Positions 61,920 through 64,000 of a DNA stretch of 64,000 nt are shown here, piece by piece. The position numbers were made by a program, and so were the translations under genes. The stretch is from Malacoraja senta. Its lineage: Eukaryota. Where the stretch lies: the NCBI GenBank assembly GCA_038087875.1, contig CM075991.1:5208001-5272000 (forward strand), given 5' to 3'. The first letter of the stretch is position 1. Every line of letters begins with the position of its first letter. The notes beneath the pieces were generated by a model. That model was not told where the DNA came from. It searched no databases and saw nothing but the letters and a program-made list of their open reading frames with translations.

Positions 61920-61980
61920 TATGTGTGTGTATATGTGTGTGTGTGTGTGTATGTGTGTGTGTATGTATGTGTGTGTGTTT
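61789..61980. repeat. Compound (GA)n(GTGAGT)n(GT)n microsatellite
   Basis: Direct inspection. Confidence 0.95.
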
Positions 61981-63269
61981 TTTTTGGTTTGTTTTTTTTT
62001 TGTTTTTTTTCCTTCTCCGGGTGCTCCGTTTCCACCCACATTCAACAGAGGTTCAGGTTTATAGTCTAATTGATCAAAGGTCGGCGTGGACACAGTGTGT
62101 TTCCGTGCTATATCTCAAATTCTAAAGTGCTATTAATTACACGAGTCTAGTAAAGAGCCTATGTGACCACTGTGGCAGTCTGAAGAGGGGTCCCGACCCA
62201 AAATGTCACCTATCCACGTTCTCCAGAGAGGCTGCCTGACCCGCTGCTCCTGCATTTTGTGTCTTTCTTGTTTCAGTGTAACCATTATGGGCTAAATGAC
62301 TTCCTTCTTTGTCTATGGAATCAAACACAGAGGCTCAGCTGCTGCCTCAGAGCGCCAGAGACCGAGGTTTGATCCTGACCTCAGGTGCTGTCTATGTGGA
62401 GTTTGCACATTCTCCGAGTGACCGCGTGGGTTTCCTCCGGGTGTGCCGGTTTCCTCCCACATCCCAACAACATGCGGGTTTGTAGGTTAATTAGTCTCTG
62501 ATATTTAGGGAGTGGATGAGAAAGTGGGATAACGTAGAACTAGTGTCAATGGGTGATCAATGGTTAGCATAGACATATTGGGATGAAGGGTCTGTTTCCA
62601 TGCTATATTGCTAAACGAAATTTATTGATCACATCTTATGGTAAACATAGACCTTTCAGTTTTATTCACGAGACTCATGAAAAGCCGAGTGAAATGTACT
62701 TTCAGCTAATAATTTTGGAGATTTTCTCTATCTGTGTAACTGTCTGAGCGGCAACGTGAAATTTGACAGGAGCACATCTTTTAACAGCAGCGTAAAATAA
62801 AGGCAAGCTTAATTAAATTAATACAAGTCGAGCACCCTGTAAGTTAATTTTCATTTGAAGGAGAAGGCGTAAGCCGGTGCTTAATCATGACAAGCAATTT
62901 AACCAGCTTTCTTTGAATAGACAGCGCTGTTTAATTCAATCTGTGTGACATTTGGTGAATAGCAAAAACACTTAAACCAAATGTTCCTTCAGCTCCATTT
63001 AAAATGCATCCAGTCTTGGGTCACTGAGGCGTGCAGCCATGCTAATGTTATTGGAATGCAAATCAGGGTGAATCGGGACCCAGTCCCACCTCTCTCACAC
63101 ACAAACAACACTTTTGCCTTGTAATTGTAGCAGGGCATCTTAAGGTATACGCCTGGACCCGTGGGGATAATGGCTCCCTCCATGTGGCTTCATTAGAAAT
63201 GAATAATTTTGAATACAAACCAGGCAGCTTGCAAAGGGAGGCAAAATATGGCTTTTTAATTTCGGTTAG

Positions 63270-63915
63270 TGTACAGATACAGCACGGAAGCAGGCCCTCT
63301 GGCTCACCGAGTCCACGCCGATCGCCGTACGCTAACACTATCCTACACATGAGGGACAATTTACAATTTTTACCAAAGCCAAATTAACCGACAGTCGTGT
63401 ACGTCTTTGGAGTGTGGGAGGAAACCGGAGCACCCAGGGGAAACCCATACAGGTCACGAGGAGGACGTACAAACTGCGTAGAGATAGCACCCATAGGCAT
63501 GATCTAGCCCGGGTTTCTGGCGCTGTAAGGCTGCAACTCTACCGCTGTGCCACCTTGCCGCCACCATAGCTTAAAAAATCGTGTAATATCTCATTACTGC
63601 AAAATTATTCATGAGAAATAGGAGCAGCACAGTAGCACAGCGGTAGAGTTGCTGCCTTTCAGCGCCACGGGCCCAGGTTCGATCCTGACTACAGGTGTGG
63701 CTGCGTAGGTTTCCTCCGGCTGCTCCGTTTACCTCCCACAACTCTTGTACGTATGGATTTGAAGGTTAATAGGCCTCAGCAAAATTGTTCCTAGCGTGTA
63801 GGTAGTGGATGGGAATGTGGGGTGGCATAGAACTAATGTGAACGGGTGGTCATTGGTCGGTGTGGACTTGGTTGGCTGAAGGGCCTGTTTTCATGCTGTA
63901 TCTCTAAATTGCACT
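63270..63915. mobile_element. Two head-to-head HE1-like V-SINEs (63270-63560 minus; 63622-63915 plus)
   Basis: Both carry the tRNA-like head and V-domain. Confidence 0.7.
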
Positions 63916-64000
63916 AAACCAAGTGCTGGTTAATGGGAAGATTATAGTTGGCCACCTGATGGCCAGCACAGGCAGGGTGGGCTGAAGGGTCTGTTACCTC

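Overview
Repeat-dense vertebrate genomic DNA, almost certainly from a cartilaginous fish (skate/ray-like, judged from HE1/V-SINE, HER1/CR1, Rex1, L1 and Penelope repeats). Host genes: the last coding exon of a prenylcysteine oxidase (PCYOX1-like, +), a complete 4-exon SNRPG gene (+, 76 aa) with a CpG-rich, CCAAT-array promoter, and a complete 3-coding-exon LZTS1-like gene (-, 601 aa). A near full-length Tigger (pogo) DNA transposon with an uninterrupted 556-aa DD32D ORF lies just downstream of SNRPG. The most interesting signals are in non-coding RNA structure. (1) A ~145-bp (AAG)n-tailed retroelement begins exactly with a minimal CPEB3/HDV-like ribozyme fold. (2) More than 20 minimal hammerhead-ribozyme motifs derive from Penelope 3' ends, including ~188-bp fold-back insertions with 12-bp TSDs that turn precisely in hammerhead stem II. 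Repeat boundaries are approximate unless TSDs are quoted. Family names come from recall of consensus features, not from database searches.
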